Part shown: positions 1 through 9,485 of the stretch, piece after piece
Layout of the letters: each line of letters opens with the position of its first letter
How positions within the stretch are numbered: the stretch's first letter is position 1
Translations under genes and position numbers: made by a program
The notes under the pieces: generated by a model
Databases searched by the model: none
What the model was told of the DNA's origin: nothing
Seen by the model: only the letters and a program-made list of their open reading frames with translations
Source of the DNA: a virus
Lineage: Duplodnaviria; Caudoviricetes
IMG/VR virus record: IMGVR_UViG_3300002026_000014
Coordinates: 1 to 64,000 of that record
Length of the DNA: 64,000 nt
Reading direction: 5' to 3' (one strand)

Positions 1-1
1 T

Positions 2-2068
2 CTCACCGAGGGTACTGAGGTATTTACAGTATCCATAGGCAAGACACTCGGTGAGATACTGGCTGTATCCCCATTTATCAGTATAATAGACTCTAACGTT
101 ACTACAATTGCACCCACATTAGATAATTGCACATATTTGATTACACCTAGTACCACAAGCGTCAATGAGGGCGGTACTGTGACATTCACAGTGCTCACCA
201 CTAATGTAGCTGACGGTACTGTTTATGATTACACAATAAATGGTGCAATTAATAATAATGATATAAATACATATGCCACTGGAACCGTCACCTCAGTTGG
301 TAATACCGCTTTAATAGGGGTAGACATAATAGCTGATATGTTTACAGAAGGTCAAGAATTATTTAATGTAAAATTATTCTTAAATTCTAGATTAGTGGCA
401 GCATCTGTCAACGTAGCTATTAATGATACTAGTAAAGGCAACAGTGGTACCAATGTCACATTACCGCCACAGCCTACATATTCAATTACACCTAATGTAA
501 CTGGTGTCAATGAAGGTGGCATGGTAACATTTACCATAATTACTACTAATGTAGCTGATGGTACTGTGTTCACGTATGACATACAAGGTACTGCAAATGA
601 CAGCGATGTCACACCCAGTTCATCTTCAGATATTGTTATTTTCAACAATAGCGCAACACTTAATTTTGATGTTGTACTTGATGAATTAACTGAAGGATCT
701 GAATCATTCGCTTGTAAGTTATATTTGAATTATGCATTAGTTGCCACGTCAATAAACGTGACTATTAACGATACAAGTTTTACAATTACAACATTACCTC
801 CACCAAGTTATAATTTGAATGTGTCTCGTCTATTCTCTAATGAAGACAATGATCCAGATTCAATAGTGATGGTATTTAGTAGTAGTGATACTGAACCAAA
901 TAAATTATTTGCATTCGGAGCTAAAGATTGGCTTCCATCTGGAACCACTTTCGATATAAATGATTTCGTAACTAATTCAGTTTTTGAGGGGACCGGTCAG
1001 ACATTAACTAATTTCACTATTGTAAATAATTTTGGTTTCAAAGCTGATTATACAACGGAAGGCGCTGAAAGTTTTGTACCGTATGTATATGCAGTAGGTA
1101 ACGATGATGGTATAGGTCTAGCATCCGGTCAACGAATAACAATCAACGATACAAGTCTAAGTATGAGAATAACAAATATTGAATATTCATCTGATTATTT
1201 TCCAGATAATTACAGCACTGTAATTATAACTATATATGGAGAAAATATACCAGATTACACAGTCGGAGAGTTTTATTTAAATTGTCTCAATGATAACAGT
1301 TTGGCTTATCCTGGTAGAGAAGGGACAGCAATTGATGACTTTGATGCAGCAACAGGAAACATGACATTTGTAGGTAATCAAGCAGAAATATACATATATG
1401 TCAAACCGCATTATACGTTTAATCCATTTGCATTTTTCTGGATACACATGGGTAAAACCGATTCAATCGAATTTACTATACCCTGGTTCAGTGAAGAAGT
1501 TGCACTTGTTGCAGTAGAGAACCCTACCACTACAGCATCACCTAACTATACCACAGAACCACCTTATTATACTACTGAGCCACCTACCACTACATATCCA
1601 CCTACCACTACATATCCACCTACCACTACATATCCACCTGCTACTACATCTCCACCTGCTACTACATCTCCACCTGCTACTACAATTCCGCCTGAGATTA
1701 TACCAAGCTTTGTGTTTCAACCAGGTTACCCTAAAATAGTTTCTTTAGAATTAACTTCTACATTTGATGATGGAAGTGTAGAATGCACAGTGTCGTTCAT
1801 TATGGATTCTGTTAATACATACGGGTATAATCCATACAGTGCTTATGGATCATCCAATGGGACCAACATCGGTACGTCGGAAGGTTTATACAGTGGTGGA
1901 GGCGGATGGACAGATATTCCTTCAGATGGAATAATGCTAGCTAATACCGTTTATTCCGTAGGGAACGTTTGGGCTAGTAGCGCTTCCGTAGGTGGTTTTT
2001 ATATCAAAGCTATAGTGGGAAATTCAGATAATACATTCACTGAAATTGACGGACCCACTTTTAATTAA
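2..2068 (+). CDS. 5'-partial virion surface protein with Calx-beta/Ig-like repeats and a Pro/Thr-rich linker
   Basis: Frame is open from base 2 (LTEGTEVFTVSI...), so the TTG at 137 is not the true start. Repeated units (V)NEGGxVTFT...TNVADGT...D..TEGxExF..INDTS; PPTTTY repeats near the C-terminus. Confidence 0.7.
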   Translation, partial: LTEGTEVFTVSIGKTLGEILAVSPFISIIDSNVTTIAPTLDNCTYLITPSTTSVNEGGTVTFTVLTTNVADGTVYDYTINGAINNNDINTYATGTVTSVGNTALIGVDIIADMFTEGQELFNVKLFLNSRLVAASVNVAINDTSKGNSGTNVTLPPQPTYSITPNVTGVNEGGMVTFTIITTNVADGTVFTYDIQGTANDSDVTPSSSSDIVIFNNSATLNFDVVLDELTEGSESFACKLYLNYALVATSINVTINDTSFTITTLPPPSYNLNVSRLFSNEDNDPDSIVMVFSSSDTEPNKLFAFGAKDWLPSGTTFDINDFVTNSVFEGTGQTLTNFTIVNNFGFKADYTTEGAESFVPYVYAVGNDDGIGLASGQRITINDTSLSMRITNIEYSSDYFPDNYSTVIITIYGENIPDYTVGEFYLNCLNDNSLAYPGREGTAIDDFDAATGNMTFVGNQAEIYIYVKPHYTFNPFAFFWIHMGKTDSIEFTIPWFSEEVALVAVENPTTTASPNYTTEPPYYTTEPPTTTYPPTTTYPPTTTYPPATTSPPATTSPPATTIPPEIIPSFVFQPGYPKIVSLELTSTFDDGSVECTVSFIMDSVNTYGYNPYSAYGSSNGTNIGTSEGLYSGGGGWTDIPSDGIMLANTVYSVGNVWASSASVGGFYIKAIVGNSDNTFTEIDGPTFN
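1580..1687 (+). repeat. 6 x 18-nt tandem coding repeat (PPTTTY x3, PPATTS x2, PPATTI)
   Basis: ccacctaccactacatat x3, then ccacctgctactacatct x2, then ccacctgctactacaatt. Confidence 0.95.
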
Positions 2069-2088
2069 TATTATTGATTAAATAAATA

Positions 2089-2131
2089 ATATCATCTACT
2101 AATGAACTTAGTGTTCATTAGTAGATGATAT
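2089..2131. terminator. 19-bp perfect stem, 5-nt loop; likely bidirectional terminator
   Basis: atatcatctactaatgaac-ttagt-gttcattagtagatgatat between convergent genes. Confidence 0.8.
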
Positions 2132-2133
2132 GT

Positions 2134-4359
2134 TTACCAATATTTTTTACCAGCTAGTGCGACATCACTAAGTCCATCAATGACAATTCCACTAGTGTCA
2201 TTGTAACCAATTTTATTGTAATAGTTTTGCCCATAATTACCTTTTAAAATAACGTTCTTTTTCTTACCTTCTCTAGCTTCATTGATTATTGCATCCAATG
2301 AATAGTATTCACCGTCTTCTAAAACAATTCTGGAATCCAAATATCTCAATTCATTTTCTATCTTTTCCGTAATCATCTCATCTTCTTCAATTTTTAATTT
2401 TTCATATAACTCTTCTATGCGCATTCGTATTTTATCTTGCTCTAATCTAAAGTAAGCTTGTGCTGGACCCACATTGATTCTTGGCTTATGCTCAATTAAA
2501 ATTAATCTAGCATCAATTCCATAAAAATTTAAATTCTTACCCATAGTTAGAATCCAATTACATAGTAACCAGCCAATAACTAAGTCATCGTGTCCACCTA
2601 TATCGTGATCGATTCTACCGTTTCTAACTATTAAGCCAGTGATTTGCTCAGTGAGACTTCTATCTTTAACTTTAACTGATAATCTTTTAGCTGCATTTTG
2701 TAAAGTAATGGAATATAATTCAGACCTACTAGTTTGTCCACCAGCACTAGTGGCAAAGCCAAAATATTTTTTGGCTCTAACATATAAATCTTCACTTCTT
2801 TTCCTCATAGGTAAATTAGCTTCCTCGTAAAGTGTCTTATGCTCTAATGGTTCATTAACTACCCAGTTAAACAATCTAATAAAAGGATCAATTCCTTTTT
2901 GAGGTAAAAATAAAAGAAGATAATCTATAATAGTGATACCTGATGATCTTCTCTCTATGATCATTGTAGAGTTAACAAATTTCTCTAATATGTAAACTAA
3001 CCATTGTGAGAATGTGATCAAATTGGTTTCATTGAAAGTTCCAATAGAAACAGTTTCACCGGTCTCCACATCTATCATTACAAAAGAAATATCATCACCG
3101 CCTGATGCATCACTGGTATCTATTCCTATAACTGTTTTTCTGGAAGACATGAAATTTTCTATTTCGTCTTTATTTATATACCATCTTAAAATATAACCAC
3201 CAATTGGGTTGATTTGTTGATGCAGCTCAGATACAATAGACTCTGTTAATTTCTCTAACACTGATGTTGGTAGAGGTGATGTAATAGTACCGCTGGTCCA
3301 TAATCCAAAGAAATCTCGATTAGCATCATCAGCTGTTTGGTTAGACCGGTCTAACTGTTTCTTTAGCCATTCATCTGTCTTACCCAATTGTTTGTAATTG
3401 AAATTTCCATAAATTCTATAAGCGCCTTTTCTAGAATTAGAACAAACCATTTGATGGAGTTCTCTCTTATCTTGCGCATCAAAAAACTTTTCTGACCATA
3501 TAGCTGATTCTTGTGTGAAGTTATAAATATACTTACCCTCTACTGAATCTTTTTTACCAGCCGTAGTAGTGAGTATAACGCCGTATGGCTCGTCCATTTC
3601 CTCAGCCCTATCACAGGCAGCACCCATCGCCGCTAATGCAGCAGGCATCGATATAGAGATGTTTGGCTGGAATGGTGACTCGTCTATATGGAAGATAGGT
3701 GTGGTTAAACCTCTACCGATATTGTAAGCTCTCTTAGGAGACGCTTGTGGTACATGTGTCAGATAACTATTTCCAAATCTATTAATAGTCAAAGCTTCAG
3801 TATTGTTAGCATCTTCACGAGTTTTAAAATTTAAATAAAGTGGTAATTCTTCATAAATATCTTTTAATCTTTTGATGTTAACCGATCTCAAAGTATCATC
3901 TTTAGTTAACAAATTTATTTGTGTATTAGAGCACATGAAATTCATTAAGCCAGTCATAAGCAAGTCTGTGCAAAATGACTTTCCTGTTTGTCTAGGCTGA
4001 ATTAATGTGAAAGCAATATGATTAAAGAAACTCCACCATAATGCAATATTTCCTCTATTAGCTTCTACCATGGATGGCTCGTTACCAGCATTAGCTGGAG
4101 CTCTAGCGACTTCTCTAACAAAATAAAAAAAGTTTTGTTTACACTCTACACCTATCATCGCCATCTGTTCGATAGTTAGGTTTTTAGAGAATGGGTCAAC
4201 GCCTTGGAGCTTTGGATTAAGTAATTGCAATATGAAGCCATGGTTCTTAATGCCCATATGTTTATAAACACTTGCTAATCTCACATAGCTTTTATTGGTG
4301 GTTTGTGTATCCATAATTGCATTGGGATAACGTACCCAATCATTTAAATACAGTATCAT
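2134..4359 (-). CDS. terL: Terminase large subunit (phiKZ gp25-like)
   Basis: Walker A-like QPRQTGKS, Walker B-like FHIDESPF, RNase H-like nuclease IGIDTSDASGGDD and HDDLVIGWLL; 741 aa. Confidence 0.92.
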   Translation of the reverse strand: MILYLNDWVRYPNAIMDTQTTNKSYVRLASVYKHMGIKNHGFILQLLNPKLQGVDPFSKNLTIEQMAMIGVECKQNFFYFVREVARAPANAGNEPSMVEANRGNIALWWSFFNHIAFTLIQPRQTGKSFCTDLLMTGLMNFMCSNTQINLLTKDDTLRSVNIKRLKDIYEELPLYLNFKTREDANNTEALTINRFGNSYLTHVPQASPKRAYNIGRGLTTPIFHIDESPFQPNISISMPAALAAMGAACDRAEEMDEPYGVILTTTAGKKDSVEGKYIYNFTQESAIWSEKFFDAQDKRELHQMVCSNSRKGAYRIYGNFNYKQLGKTDEWLKKQLDRSNQTADDANRDFFGLWTSGTITSPLPTSVLEKLTESIVSELHQQINPIGGYILRWYINKDEIENFMSSRKTVIGIDTSDASGGDDISFVMIDVETGETVSIGTFNETNLITFSQWLVYILEKFVNSTMIIERRSSGITIIDYLLLFLPQKGIDPFIRLFNWVVNEPLEHKTLYEEANLPMRKRSEDLYVRAKKYFGFATSAGGQTSRSELYSITLQNAAKRLSVKVKDRSLTEQITGLIVRNGRIDHDIGGHDDLVIGWLLCNWILTMGKNLNFYGIDARLILIEHKPRINVGPAQAYFRLEQDKIRMRIEELYEKLKIEEDEMITEKIENELRYLDSRIVLEDGEYYSLDAIINEAREGKKKNVILKGNYGQNYYNKIGYNDTSGIVIDGLSDVALAGKKYW

Positions 4360-4408
4360 TATTGTTCCTTTTAATATCTATAATCAGATCATTTAAAGAA
4401 TTTATATA

Positions 4409-4451
4409 ATAAATACAGTGTATTACCAAAACGGTAATACACTGTATTTAT
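4409..4451. terminator. 19-bp stem hairpin upstream of terL
   Basis: ataaatacagtgtattacc-aaaac-ggtaatacactgtatttat. Confidence 0.75.
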
Positions 4452-4453
4452 GT

Positions 4454-4969
4454 TTATCTCTTTATTGTGAAAACTGGGGCGCTGTTGAAGGTACCATCTA
4501 ACATCGCGTATACGTTGTAACCAGTAACAAATTTAATGTTACCTTTAATCGTTTTAGTGTAACGCCAAATAGTACCATATTGATCTGTTCTTGTCCATAA
4601 TCCTTCGATGTTCTCAGGAGCATAATCACTCGTTTGTCCACCCAACCAATTCGCTAGACCCATTAAAGCATTACGTTGTCCTGCCCATACCCAAGCAGTG
4701 TACATCTTACCTCTCTTCTCTAACATTTCCCTACATTCAGGAATACCTGTATCACAAGGTAGTCTTTGATCAGGAGTGCGCAGCCACGATAACCAATCTG
4801 GAAAATCACCCATTATGGTAGGTGTAGGCGGATTTGTTCTCTGTGGTCCAACGGAAGGTTCTTTATCCCATTTAATAAATGGTAAAGCCAATAACACAAT
4901 AAGTGGCGCAAATATGTTTAATAATAAAACAATGAATCCTTGTAACGGCACTATAAAATATTTCATCAA
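4454..4969 (-). CDS. Hypothetical phage protein with N-terminal hydrophobic segment
   Basis: 171 aa; hydrophobic N-terminus; WLSWLRTPD and WVWAGQRN motifs resemble proteins often found near tail-fibre genes. Confidence 0.55.
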   Translation of the reverse strand: MMKYFIVPLQGFIVLLLNIFAPLIVLLALPFIKWDKEPSVGPQRTNPPTPTIMGDFPDWLSWLRTPDQRLPCDTGIPECREMLEKRGKMYTAWVWAGQRNALMGLANWLGGQTSDYAPENIEGLWTRTDQYGTIWRYTKTIKGNIKFVTGYNVYAMLDGTFNSAPVFTIKR

Positions 4970-4978
4970 TATACCTTT

Positions 4979-5596
4979 TTAAATTTTAGATAAATCCACC
5001 AACTCAAAGTCACTGCAATCAAAAAACATCTGAGGTGACAGATTTTTATATTTTTTAATCAATGACTCAAAGTTAGCAAAATCTGTTTCATAGTTAGGTT
5101 CACCTTGTAGAATAAATCTAACTAGTTCAACACAACTAAGTGCTTTACTATCTTTTATGTCAAATAAAGTATCGTACGGTTTACCTAATTGTTCTTTGGC
5201 TCTGTCTAAAATGGACGTCCATTTATCTACAGTCATTGATTTTGGTTTTAGCAAAGCAGCGTCTTGCACGTCAAAAACCTCATCAAACGGCGTATAATGG
5301 ACACCTGATCCAGTAGCTTCTATCAATCTGAAATCATCATATATATCAACCTGGTCTTCAAGATTCATTAATACGTGTGACCAATATCCCCATTTACCAG
5401 TTAAGTAAAAGTTAGCAAGTCCTACAAAAAATGTAGATAAATGATTACTTCTTCTTGTTAAGATGATATAATAATCTTTTATTAATAAGTCATGTATTTT
5501 TTTAAGTTCATCTTCATTTAAAACATTATTAGTTTTCCAATGAACTTTACCTATTAACACGATTATTTTTTCTTTAATGTAGTTAATAATTTCCAT
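4979..5596 (-). CDS. Permuted papain-like amidase (YiiX/YaeF, NlpC/P60 C92 family)
   Basis: His before Cys: WSHV, IEATGSGV, GKPYD..F, LSCVELV. Confidence 0.8.
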   Translation of the reverse strand: MEIINYIKEKIIVLIGKVHWKTNNVLNEDELKKIHDLLIKDYYIILTRRSNHLSTFFVGLANFYLTGKWGYWSHVLMNLEDQVDIYDDFRLIEATGSGVHYTPFDEVFDVQDAALLKPKSMTVDKWTSILDRAKEQLGKPYDTLFDIKDSKALSCVELVRFILQGEPNYETDFANFESLIKKYKNLSPQMFFDCSDFELVDLSKI

Positions 5597-5598
5597 AA

Positions 5599-6054
5599 TT
5601 AAATTATTTGATATTTCTCAATATCACTCACTGGTGTAGTTAAAATAATGCTGCCTCTACCTGCACCTATTATACCGTATGTTTCTAAAGCGGTCACACC
5701 AGCTATTGTCTCTGGTCTGGTTAAATCAATAAATGAAGCATTATCACTGTCTTTCATATCCACACGAATAGCGGCCGCCAATTGACGTTGGCCCATGGGT
5801 GCTGCTGGGTTATCTAAAGAAGCCATCTCCATCGTTATTTTTTCTGTTTTAGTAAACCTATTTCTAAATGCCAAAACAGTTAATTTTGTACCGTTTGTAA
5901 GTGTAGGGTTACTGGCGATCCATTGATCTAGAGTGGCCTTATCAGGTATAGCTAAACCTGAATCCCAAACTATGTTTTCATATAAATCTTCAGCTCCAAC
6001 AGTGTGACAAAATACTCCTGGAAAACCAGCACCAATTGCTTCAATATAGGTCAT
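5599..6054 (-). CDS. Tail-fibre-associated small protein (XkdW-like N-terminus)
   Basis: N-terminal YENIVWDSGLAIPDKATLDQWI; ATGA overlap with the upstream gene. Confidence 0.5.
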   Translation of the reverse strand: MTYIEAIGAGFPGVFCHTVGAEDLYENIVWDSGLAIPDKATLDQWIASNPTLTNGTKLTVLAFRNRFTKTEKITMEMASLDNPAAPMGQRQLAAAIRVDMKDSDNASFIDLTRPETIAGVTALETYGIIGAGRGSIILTTPVSDIEKYQII

Positions 6055-6746
6055 ACGTACTCCTTAAACATTAAACAGTTATTCGAACTTAACCCACCCA
6101 TTGTTGCATTTTTCATAGTGTTAAGATACCAAGTAGCATTTGAATTTAATCCAACTCTTAAACTATAGCGAACAGCCATACCTCCAAAACTTAAACCTAA
6201 ATTTTTATCATAAAAAGCAAATGGCATTGTAAGTGGTTTTGCGGATGTTATTAAAGTATTACAAATTACACCTAAACAGGTTGTACTTTTAAATAGAGCT
6301 AGTATAAATGTTTTATTGTTTGCAGAGCAGTCTATCTGAAAATTACCCTCAATGGATAATATACTTCTAGACGATGATGCGGCCAAGTTTATAGTTGCTA
6401 TTTCTGTACCTTCTGTAATAAGAGGTATTGTGTTATCCAATGATATTCGTGATGTACCTGACATACTCGGTACAGATATTATCTGGACTATTGAGTTGTT
6501 AACATATTGCTCATGCGGATTCGATTCTGCCTTATGTACCAATATAGCATCATTTATATTTTTGTCTACTATGGGTGACAGTTCGACTGTATCTATAATT
6601 ACTTGGTCTAATTCAGCTTTACTGGGATTAGGTGTGGCGTCTAATGAATTCCAAATAATACCTTCATAAGTGTCATCGATGAATTTTCTTGGTTTCTTAT
6701 CTGGGTATTTTAATTTAATAATTTCACGGTAGGTTGAAGTCATCAT
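6051..6746 (-). CDS. Fibre-associated protein, XkdW-like N-terminus plus beta-rich C-terminus
   Basis: YEGIIWNSLDATPNPSKAELDQVI, then HKAESNPHEQY fibre motif. Confidence 0.5.
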   Translation of the reverse strand: MMTSTYREIIKLKYPDKKPRKFIDDTYEGIIWNSLDATPNPSKAELDQVIIDTVELSPIVDKNINDAILVHKAESNPHEQYVNNSIVQIISVPSMSGTSRISLDNTIPLITEGTEIATINLAASSSRSILSIEGNFQIDCSANNKTFILALFKSTTCLGVICNTLITSAKPLTMPFAFYDKNLGLSFGGMAVRYSLRVGLNSNATWYLNTMKNATMGGLSSNNCLMFKEYV

Positions 6747-6752
6747 ACCCTC

Positions 6753-7682
6753 TTAAATATAAAAATTTGGTGATTTGTTCTTTGTGGACATATCAGTACT
6801 TTGATAATGTATATCCATACCGATTATGTATGGCGCATTAGTGTATGCACTACCAGTTATACTTGGTATAATTGTCACCTCAAGTGAAAACAATATAAAA
6901 CCATCTATTTCTAAAATGTCAGTATTCAAAAGATTAGCTGATCCACCTTTACATGATAATTGAATCTCGTCGACACGGTGGAAATATTTAGGTGTATTTG
7001 TTATGTTTAAACCAGTGACGTCTATTGTGTTGAGTACATCTGGATGAAACGATGCCTGTTGGTGCCCTTTTGCATACGTCGAGCGAAGTTTTATTTGCAA
7101 TTCATTTGCTATTGCAGTTCCACTATGTGACCAATGAACATGTACAAATAAATCAGTGTGAGGTACATAATCGTGAGGTACGTGAAACCTTAAATCGCAC
7201 CTATCCCCAGCAGCATAAGCGTATTCGGTAATATAAGTGCTAGTGAATGGTTTCAATGTAGGTGCGAACGTACCTGTATTTCTTGGAGTCACATCACCTT
7301 CTTTATCTTTCCATCCAAACTGTGCTAAACCATATCCGCCGTTATAATACTCATAGTGTTGATTATTGTCCAATGTGATGTAATATTTACCGGTGTCACC
7401 AATTGTCGGCAACGCTGCTAAATTTGCATATGTCAAAAATTGATTAATGTGATTAGGTATTTGTGATACAGGTATTCTTCTATCACTGTCTAACTCAGCT
7501 ACTCCATTAGCCACACCTACTTTATTTAATTCAACGTACGTATTTGCTAAATCTTGATATTGAGGGTGCGCATCAATATCATTTTTATGTGCTAATATAG
7601 CAGCAGATAATTCAGCATCAGATGTTATATCATTCACACCCAATGTATCTAATTGTGTTGTATTTAATCTAGTTTTAGGCAT
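6753..7682 (-). CDS. Short tail/virion fibre protein
   Basis: HKNDIDAHPQY and VGVANGVAELDSDRRIPVSQIP fibre motifs; beta-rich C-terminus with FHVPHDY..HVHWSH. Confidence 0.6.
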   Translation of the reverse strand: MPKTRLNTTQLDTLGVNDITSDAELSAAILAHKNDIDAHPQYQDLANTYVELNKVGVANGVAELDSDRRIPVSQIPNHINQFLTYANLAALPTIGDTGKYYITLDNNQHYEYYNGGYGLAQFGWKDKEGDVTPRNTGTFAPTLKPFTSTYITEYAYAAGDRCDLRFHVPHDYVPHTDLFVHVHWSHSGTAIANELQIKLRSTYAKGHQQASFHPDVLNTIDVTGLNITNTPKYFHRVDEIQLSCKGGSANLLNTDILEIDGFILFSLEVTIIPSITGSAYTNAPYIIGMDIHYQSTDMSTKNKSPNFYI

Positions 7683-8055
7683 TTTTATTTACAATTAAAA
7701 TGTTATTGACATAATCAGCCACTGCTTTATCACTGATTTTCATATGGTCACTTATAGTGACACGTAACCCTTTTATTAAAGTTTCCTTTTCTAATATATT
7801 TAAATAACTACACGTTATTATTTTAGCTAACTCTTCTTTGAGCCTATTGTGAATTTGAATATGGTTATCCGTGGATGGATAGTTTATTAATCTCATAAAC
7901 TCTTCTTCATGTTCAAAATGTCTCAATATATGACTATATAGATTATTCAAATTTGAGGTTAAATTTTCCTCTTGATTTCTATCTAAACAGATAGATAAAA
8001 GATTAGTAATTTCATTATGCTCAATATGATTTTCTATTATTTTTGATAAATTCAT
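7675..8055 (-). CDS. Hemerythrin (single domain, di-iron)
   Basis: H..., HFEHEE, NYP, HIQIH, DHMKISD: complete hemerythrin ligand pattern. Confidence 0.9.
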   Translation of the reverse strand: MNLSKIIENHIEHNEITNLLSICLDRNQEENLTSNLNNLYSHILRHFEHEEEFMRLINYPSTDNHIQIHNRLKEELAKIITCSYLNILEKETLIKGLRVTISDHMKISDKAVADYVNNILIVNKNA

Positions 8056-8444
8056 TTTATTAATTTCTCATTTACATAATTACCAATTTGAAGATCGTGA
8101 TGATCAATGTGATCAAGCAATAATGCTTCTATTTTGCTAATTTCATATCTATTTTTTATAGCATCATTTGCGTTTACTATAAAGGATTTTCTGAAAGCTT
8201 CTAGCATATTAACATGTTGTCGAAAATGCTCACCTAAATATGGGTAATTTATAGAAAACATATAAGCTTCTTCATATTTCACATGTCTTGAAAACATTTC
8301 AAAGAAAGTATTAAAATCTTCAACGGTGCAAATATTACTAATTATTTTCGAATTAAGTTCTTCTAAACTCGAAAATAATACGTAATGTTCATAGTCTATT
8401 CTATCTATGTTTAATTTATAATTTTTTAAAATTTCTAGTTCCAT
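8052..8444 (-). CDS. Hemerythrin (probable start MELEIL at 8444, not TTG 8504)
   Basis: IDYEH, RHVKYEE, NYP, EHFRQH, DHIDHHD; AAGG before ATG 8444; TGA overlaps the ATG of the next hemerythrin. Confidence 0.9.
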   Translation of the reverse strand: MELEILKNYKLNIDRIDYEHYVLFSSLEELNSKIISNICTVEDFNTFFEMFSRHVKYEEAYMFSINYPYLGEHFRQHVNMLEAFRKSFIVNANDAIKNRYEISKIEALLLDHIDHHDLQIGNYVNEKLIK

Positions 8445-8516
8445 AGCAAACCTTTTTACATATATAGTTAAAACAGAATGCATTGAATTATTAGAAATAA
8501 TCAAATTATCGTGCCA

Positions 8517-8548
8517 TAATATCTAACATATTTCTATGTTAGATATTA
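8517..8548. terminator. 14-bp stem hairpin with TATG at its minus-strand end
   Basis: taatatctaacata-tttc-tatgttagatatta; cata at 8515-8518. Confidence 0.65.
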
Positions 8549-8555
8549 CGTCACT

Positions 8556-9437
8556 TTAAAAATTTCGTTCTCTCATCCACTTTGTCGCTATCCATTTTTC
8601 ACCTGAAATGACGGGATCACCTGAATGTAATGTGTTTACATCTAATTGTTTTGCATCATTTAAATATTCAAAATAAGCAGCCATTCCTTTTTTAGGTGTA
8701 ACTGATAATTTAACATTTGGAAACGTAGTGCATCCACCTTCCTCTACGTTATTCAAATACATTACCAGCGTACTAACACGTTGACCTGAATGAGCCAACA
8801 TGCCTTGCGAGCCAGGTGCCTTTTCATCAAAATAATCAAAATGTGCACGGTACTCACAATTTTGTTTATAACGCATTACTTGTATACCTTCACCTTTTTC
8901 TACTGGCCAATTCATTACTTGTGAGATTCTATTCTCTAGCATAGTTATGAAATCATTTTCTGATTTTGCGAAACAGGCACCATCGCTGGTTCTATGTGGA
9001 TGTATTTCATTCATACCGGTTTCTGCATTAACAGTAGCTGATCTTTGTAATTTACCACTTGCTAACTCTACTAATTTATCACATTCGTATTCGGACATGA
9101 AATTATCAAATACAGCTATTACAGGTTCTCTTAATCTAACAATCACATTGACATCTCTAGTGTCGGTATGTATGATGTTTCCGGATTGTGAAATTCGCGG
9201 TGTAGTATAAATATATTTATTATCAACGGGTGCATCTTTAATGGGTGCAGCTTTAGTCGATTGATTATACAAGTCCGCCGGATTACTTTTTATCTCTGCA
9301 ACAATTTGTTTTGCATACTCTAAAGAGAATCCGTTCTTAACCATCTCGGCTGCGATACCGTCATGATTACAACCTTTAAGTATATTTACCTTTATCCAAT
9401 CTCTTAAAGTTTCGTTTACCTGAGGTGTAGTATCCAT
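8556..9437 (-). CDS. Prolyl 4-hydroxylase, collagen-P4H type 2OG-Fe(II) dioxygenase
   Basis: EGIQVMRY...YRAHFDYF (HxD), RVSTLVMYLNNVEEGGCTTFP, TLHSGDPVISGEKWIATKW (distal His, 2OG-binding Lys). Confidence 0.92.
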   Translation of the reverse strand: MDTTPQVNETLRDWIKVNILKGCNHDGIAAEMVKNGFSLEYAKQIVAEIKSNPADLYNQSTKAAPIKDAPVDNKYIYTTPRISQSGNIIHTDTRDVNVIVRLREPVIAVFDNFMSEYECDKLVELASGKLQRSATVNAETGMNEIHPHRTSDGACFAKSENDFITMLENRISQVMNWPVEKGEGIQVMRYKQNCEYRAHFDYFDEKAPGSQGMLAHSGQRVSTLVMYLNNVEEGGCTTFPNVKLSVTPKKGMAAYFEYLNDAKQLDVNTLHSGDPVISGEKWIATKWMRERNF

Positions 9438-9485
9438 ATTTTACCTATGTTTAATTTATTCATAGAATAAATTAGACTTATAAAA

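Noticed and set aside
1580-1687. Short direct repeats as a CRISPR array
   Set aside because: Contiguous 18-nt in-frame coding units with no spacers; no cas genes
2134-4359. Intein or intron in the terminase
   Set aside because: Continuous ORF of ordinary size; no intein or homing-endonuclease motifs seen
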